DNA from: a bacterium
Lineage (GTDB): Bacteria > Bdellovibrionota_C > UBA2361 > CALJRW01
Reading direction: 5' to 3'
Assembly (NCBI GenBank): GCA_031385045.1
Contig: JANNBC010000015.1
Location: 34,810 to 98,809 of the forward strand
DNA: 64,000 nucleotides
The notes beneath the pieces are model-generated. The model had not been told where the DNA came from. It ran no database searches and saw only the letters and a program-made list of their open reading frames with translations. The translations under genes and the position numbers were made by a program. Below are positions 59,629 to 64,000 of this stretch, piece after piece (the stretch's first letter is position 1; the number at the start of each line of letters is the position of its first letter).

Positions 59629-60289
59629 CTTACTAATTATAAATTGCAGTGGTTAGGATTTGATATGACAACTTAAGAAAAATCCAAAGGTAGTCGATAT
59701 TGTAACCAGTTAGGGAGCTCCATCTGTCTGATTAAACCCTAACCCATTTTTTGCTGAGCTACTAGTTTAGTATGTAAAGGAGTTCCTTCAGAACAAATTT
59801 TGCCTTGATCGCTTTGTTCATTATTGTAATAAACTAACAATTGATCCAAGGCAAGTTGGATTTCCACGAAAGCCTCAGCGATCGGCATTATAAAATAATT
59901 TGATAAAACACTTAAAAAACTATTTTATGAAATCTTTCGTAAATTACATTTATTTGTGGATATTAAGGCTTGGGTCAGAACTTCAGAGTCTTGTTTAAGC
60001 TGAGAAGTAAGTAATACTCACGACTATCAGTTTTTCTATATAACTCACTTTCAAAAAATTTAGATTTTTAAGATTGATCTGATTAGCTTCATTAATTGAG
60101 AAGTTCTAGTAATCCTAGCTTGTTTTTGATAAGTTTAGTTAGGTAATTGGTAATGTTTTTTCTCCTATAAAAGTTAACTACTTGCTTACGAGTTACAAAC
60201 TCCACTACCACTTTATTTTTTTAAAGAGTATTCTCCTAAAATAGCTAAAATAAATTAAGGAAAAATCTTACTTTACAGATAATCAATAA

Positions 60290-61912
60290 TTGAAATTAAG
60301 TTTACTGTCAGACCATAAACTCCCTTTATTCACAGCAGTCTTATTATTTTTAAGCCTGTTTCTATTAATTTTTGGATTTTCATTCTCAATTAATAATAAT
60401 GTCGAAGAACTTCCATTAATATATCAGCTACTAGGTATAGCAGATTACCAAAAAGATCTTTTTGTTAGCTTTCACACCACAAATTACACTCAGATTTCAC
60501 CATTCCTATTTATTATTGTAATAATTTGTAAGATTCTTAAATTAAAAAATATTTATCTACTTTATCTAGTATGTTTTTTACTAACACTGTCGATTTATTT
60601 TTATGTTCTATACAAGATTCAAAATAGTCTTAATAAAATTACCGCTTTAATATTTTCCCTAATCCTTATTTTATTTTTCTTACTACTAAACTCATATACT
60701 TTGGTTCCTTCTGCTCGTTGGGTTTTCTGTAATTATTTTGACTTAGAGTTAGTTATCTTTGTTATAATATTTGCTTTTATCTACAAGCACCTAAAGGGAG
60801 AATATAAAAGCGCGGCAATTTTATTTAACCTAGCATCATTACTCTATCCGCTATACGTAATCCCAATTATCCCAGCAATATTTGGCAGTCTATATTTAAG
60901 CAAATCTAGTCCAGAAACTCGCAAGATCAGTGTTATATTCAAATACTTATTACCGGCTTCTTTATATTTTATATTTCTATGGGTAATTAGTAAGCAAAAA
61001 AATTCTCTGGAAATTGATGCCTCCTTGATCATGGAATATATTAGAGCACCTTGGCACTACCAAATTCCATCTTTCTGGTTCTGGAATTATAGCATGACAA
61101 TGTTTTGTGTTTTTTGTTTCATACTTTATTTAATTATCTTTTTTAAAAAACAAAAAACAAATGATTTTTATAAAAAATTACTATTATTTAACAACCTCTT
61201 AATCCTAGCTTTGATTTTGACATCGATTATACATACTTTTGTTAGAGTTCCATTAATTATTCAAATTGCTCCTTATCGGATAGGTGTTTTTATTTGTATG
61301 ATAACATTTCAACTAGCAGTTGCATCACTTACCAATCAATCATTATTAATAAACCTAAGAACAAAGTTAGTACTTATTAGCAACAAGCTTGGTCTATTTT
61401 TATTTTTATTGGCTTGCCTCCCCTTTATTATAATCTTCAATACAACTCTTCCCGAAAGCAATGTTGGCCCAGCAGAATTACAATTAACTAAATGGATAAG
61501 GGAGAACACTAATCAAGATAGCTTGTTTTTAAATTATACTAATTTAGATCTGAGAACAGTTGTTTATCGTTCGGATTATTTTAATTTTAAAACTATTCCC
61601 CTGACCGCCGATCAGCAAATAATTTGGTATCACAGATTTCTTCATTATCAAGGTATTGATGAGCGAAATGACGTCCAATATTTAAATGACATAATTAATA
61701 GAAGGCCTTCGCCCAATTATAGTTTTACTATTAATAACTTACAAAGAAAATCAAAGAATGTGAATAAAAGACAAATCTTAGATTTATTTGATTCTAAGAT
61801 TGATTATATTCTAGTCAGAGCATCCGATGAAACCTTAAGGAAGGATCTTCGTCTTGTCTTTTCAAATAAATCCTACAAAATATTCTTAGTAGAACATACT
61901 ACTACCAATTAA
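60290..61912 (+). CDS. Polytopic membrane protein (DUF6798-like)
   Basis: YQKDLFV, IRAPWHY, WIRENTNQDSLF, FKTIP...WYHR. TTG start. Confidence 0.6.
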   Translation: MKLSLLSDHKLPLFTAVLLFLSLFLLIFGFSFSINNNVEELPLIYQLLGIADYQKDLFVSFHTTNYTQISPFLFIIVIICKILKLKNIYLLYLVCFLLTLSIYFYVLYKIQNSLNKITALIFSLILILFFLLLNSYTLVPSARWVFCNYFDLELVIFVIIFAFIYKHLKGEYKSAAILFNLASLLYPLYVIPIIPAIFGSLYLSKSSPETRKISVIFKYLLPASLYFIFLWVISKQKNSLEIDASLIMEYIRAPWHYQIPSFWFWNYSMTMFCVFCFILYLIIFFKKQKTNDFYKKLLLFNNLLILALILTSIIHTFVRVPLIIQIAPYRIGVFICMITFQLAVASLTNQSLLINLRTKLVLISNKLGLFLFLLACLPFIIIFNTTLPESNVGPAELQLTKWIRENTNQDSLFLNYTNLDLRTVVYRSDYFNFKTIPLTADQQIIWYHRFLHYQGIDERNDVQYLNDIINRRPSPNYSFTINNLQRKSKNVNKRQILDLFDSKIDYILVRASDETLRKDLRLVFSNKSYKIFLVEHTTTN

Positions 61913-62211
61913 GTTTTGAACTAACGGATTATAAAAATGTGATTTGAATCTTGAGCTTATGGTGCTTAAGTATATTTAATTTTTCTATTTAACTTTATTT
62001 TATAAGACTAGCCTGCGCGATCCTTGGATTCCCTACAATTGACTCTTAAATGATATACAAGGTGATTAATTTAACTGTAATTTTTAATGTCACCTATTAG
62101 CTCCCACAGAAAAAATTCATTGTGAGATATTTAGATAACAAAAAGTAATTTCCCTTAAAAGACGATGGAGTGTCATTAAGGTTACTCTATAAAGGTATAA
62201 AAATTATAAAA

Positions 62212-63441
62212 TTATTTTAAAAGATTGCTAACTAGGTGTTTTTCAATCGCTTCAATAAAATCAGCTGTATTCAAATATGTTTCGCGAGAAGCATCATTCC
62301 CATGGACACAAATTGCTAGGTCCTTAGTCATTTTCCCAGACTCTACAGTATCAATACAAGCCTGTTCTAAGGCTTCAGAGAATTTTTGAAGTTCGGAGTT
62401 AGCGTCAAACTTGGCACGGTAGGATAGTCCTTTTGACCAAGCAAAAATTGAGGCGATTGGATTCGTAGAAGTCTCCTTGCCTTGTAGATGCTGACGATAA
62501 TGACGAGTGACAGTTCCATGAGCAGCTTCAGTCTCAACAGTTTTACCATCTTCCGTAATTAAAATTGAAGTCATTAATCCTAAGGATCCAAATCCTTGGG
62601 CAACTATGTCAGACTGCACATCCCCATCATAGTTTTTACATGCCCAAAGAAATCCACCAGAACTTTTAAGTGCAAATGCCACTAAGTCATCAATTAAACG
62701 ATGCTCATACCACAGACCTAAGCTTTCAAATTTCGATTTATAATTATTTTCATAAAGCCCTTGAAAAGTATCTTTAAACATTCCATCGTAAGCTTTCAAA
62801 ATTGTATTTTTAGTTGATAAGTAAAGGGGGACTTTTAAATCTAGCGCGTAATTAAAACAAGAATGTGCAAATGAAACAATCGACTCCTTGGTGTTAAACA
62901 TCCCTAGAGCAATTCCCTCACCTTCAAAATCATATACGGTATGTTCAATGACCTTATCTCCATTTTCTGGAACAAACTTGATACTAAGTTTGCCCTTTCC
63001 AGGAACAACGAAATCGGTAGCTTTATACTGATCTCCAAAAGCATGTCGCCCAATGACAATTGGCTTTAACCAACCTGGTACCAAGCGAGGAACATTTTTA
63101 CAAACAATTGGTTCACGGAAAACAGTTCCACCAATAATATTTCGCAACGTTCCGTTTGGAGACTTCCACATTTTTTTAAGATTAAACTCTTTCACGCGAG
63201 CTTCATCCGGAGTAATCGTGGCACATTTAATCCCAACACCATATTTCTTAATTGCTTCTGCCGCTTCTACGGTAACTCGATCTTCTGTAGCATCACGGTT
63301 TTGAATACTTAAATCATAAGTCTTTAAGTCACATTCAATAAAAGGAAAAATTAGCTTTGACTTGATCATGTCCCAGATAATTTGAGTCATTTCATCGCCA
63401 GATAAATCTACAAGTGGTGTTTTAACTTTAATCTTATTCAT
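62212..63441 (-). CDS. icd: NADP-dependent isocitrate dehydrogenase
   Basis: [55 protein letters not shown]. Confidence 0.97.
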   Translation of the reverse strand: MNKIKVKTPLVDLSGDEMTQIIWDMIKSKLIFPFIECDLKTYDLSIQNRDATEDRVTVEAAEAIKKYGVGIKCATITPDEARVKEFNLKKMWKSPNGTLRNIIGGTVFREPIVCKNVPRLVPGWLKPIVIGRHAFGDQYKATDFVVPGKGKLSIKFVPENGDKVIEHTVYDFEGEGIALGMFNTKESIVSFAHSCFNYALDLKVPLYLSTKNTILKAYDGMFKDTFQGLYENNYKSKFESLGLWYEHRLIDDLVAFALKSSGGFLWACKNYDGDVQSDIVAQGFGSLGLMTSILITEDGKTVETEAAHGTVTRHYRQHLQGKETSTNPIASIFAWSKGLSYRAKFDANSELQKFSEALEQACIDTVESGKMTKDLAICVHGNDASRETYLNTADFIEAIEKHLVSNLLK

Positions 63442-63727
63442 TATTAAATTTATATAATTTTAACTAGCAAAAAATATTTAGTTATTGAATGCTAATCTAG
63501 TTTGCCTAGAGTTTCTACTGTGGTCACAAGAGCAAAAATATTTTTTGCAAATATTACGAGTGAATTCCCATGCCCATTCTTTATAGTCATTTATAATTTA
63601 AATGACTTGCCCCTGATATAATCTAAAAAGTAATTCACTCAAAAAAATCTTAGATAATCTAGTATTATATTCTTACTTGCAATTGTAAATCAATGATAGT
63701 GTCTGAACTCTAGGGATATCTTTAAAT

Positions 63728-64000
63728 AATCATCATGAAAAAACAATCAGATTAAATATACTAGGCGACATTAGAAATTACTGGTCTAAAATTATTCGCC
63801 TAGTATATAAGCGCGAAGCGCTTGAAGCGACCCAAGGGGGTCGCTCAGGCTAAAAGGCTTATTTTATATGCATTTTAGCCTGAGCGACCCCCTTGGGTCG
63901 CTTCAATCGCTTCGCGCTTATATACTAGGCCAAAAATTTTAGACCAGTAAATTAAAATGTCGCCTAGAATAATTAATATGATTGTTTTTTCATGATGATT
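63728..64000. repeat. Long nested palindrome (REPIN/MITE-like); may continue past the window
   Basis: Arms 63728-63855 and 63873-64000 are ungapped reverse complements with 9 mismatches in 128 nt. Internal hairpins are present in the arms. Confidence 0.92.

Noticed and set aside
1830..63304. Short ORF-track entries antisense to or nested in long genes (e.g. 2632, 2876, 6546, 10272, 11562, 27328, 32862, 36931, 47794, 63053)
   Set aside because: Shadow frames of well-supported genes, with no motifs or independent expression signals.

Overview
AT-rich bacterial chromosomal segment from a diderm with Tad and type IV pilus genes and a PEP-CTERM protein; the lineage cannot be fixed from sequence alone. 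Housekeeping content: nrdAB with two NrdR boxes (R2 carries the class Ic Mn/Fe signature), an A2-type caa3 cytochrome c oxidase cluster with SCO (SURF1 lies elsewhere), argC/argD/argB, icd, pdxH, an adenylate kinase-like gene, an Lpd/Mtr-family reductase, DtxR/MntR, TerC, and DUF3015 with Lnb/DUF4105. Accessory content: two paralogous secreted proteins with different C-terminal modules plus a decayed third module copy, a BrnT/BrnA locus with a frameshifted toxin, a SauUSI-like PLD-helicase-DUF3427 gene, several GT-C-like membrane proteins, and a nested palindrome of at least 273 bp at the window end. The strongest candidate for an undescribed system is four dispersed solo AAA_14-DUF4143 ATPase-nuclease genes. 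Each has a near-leaderless sigma70 promoter overlaid by its own, paralog-specific palindrome. No rRNA, tRNA, CRISPR array or transposase was recognised. Family calls come from motif recognition by eye; no database searches were run.
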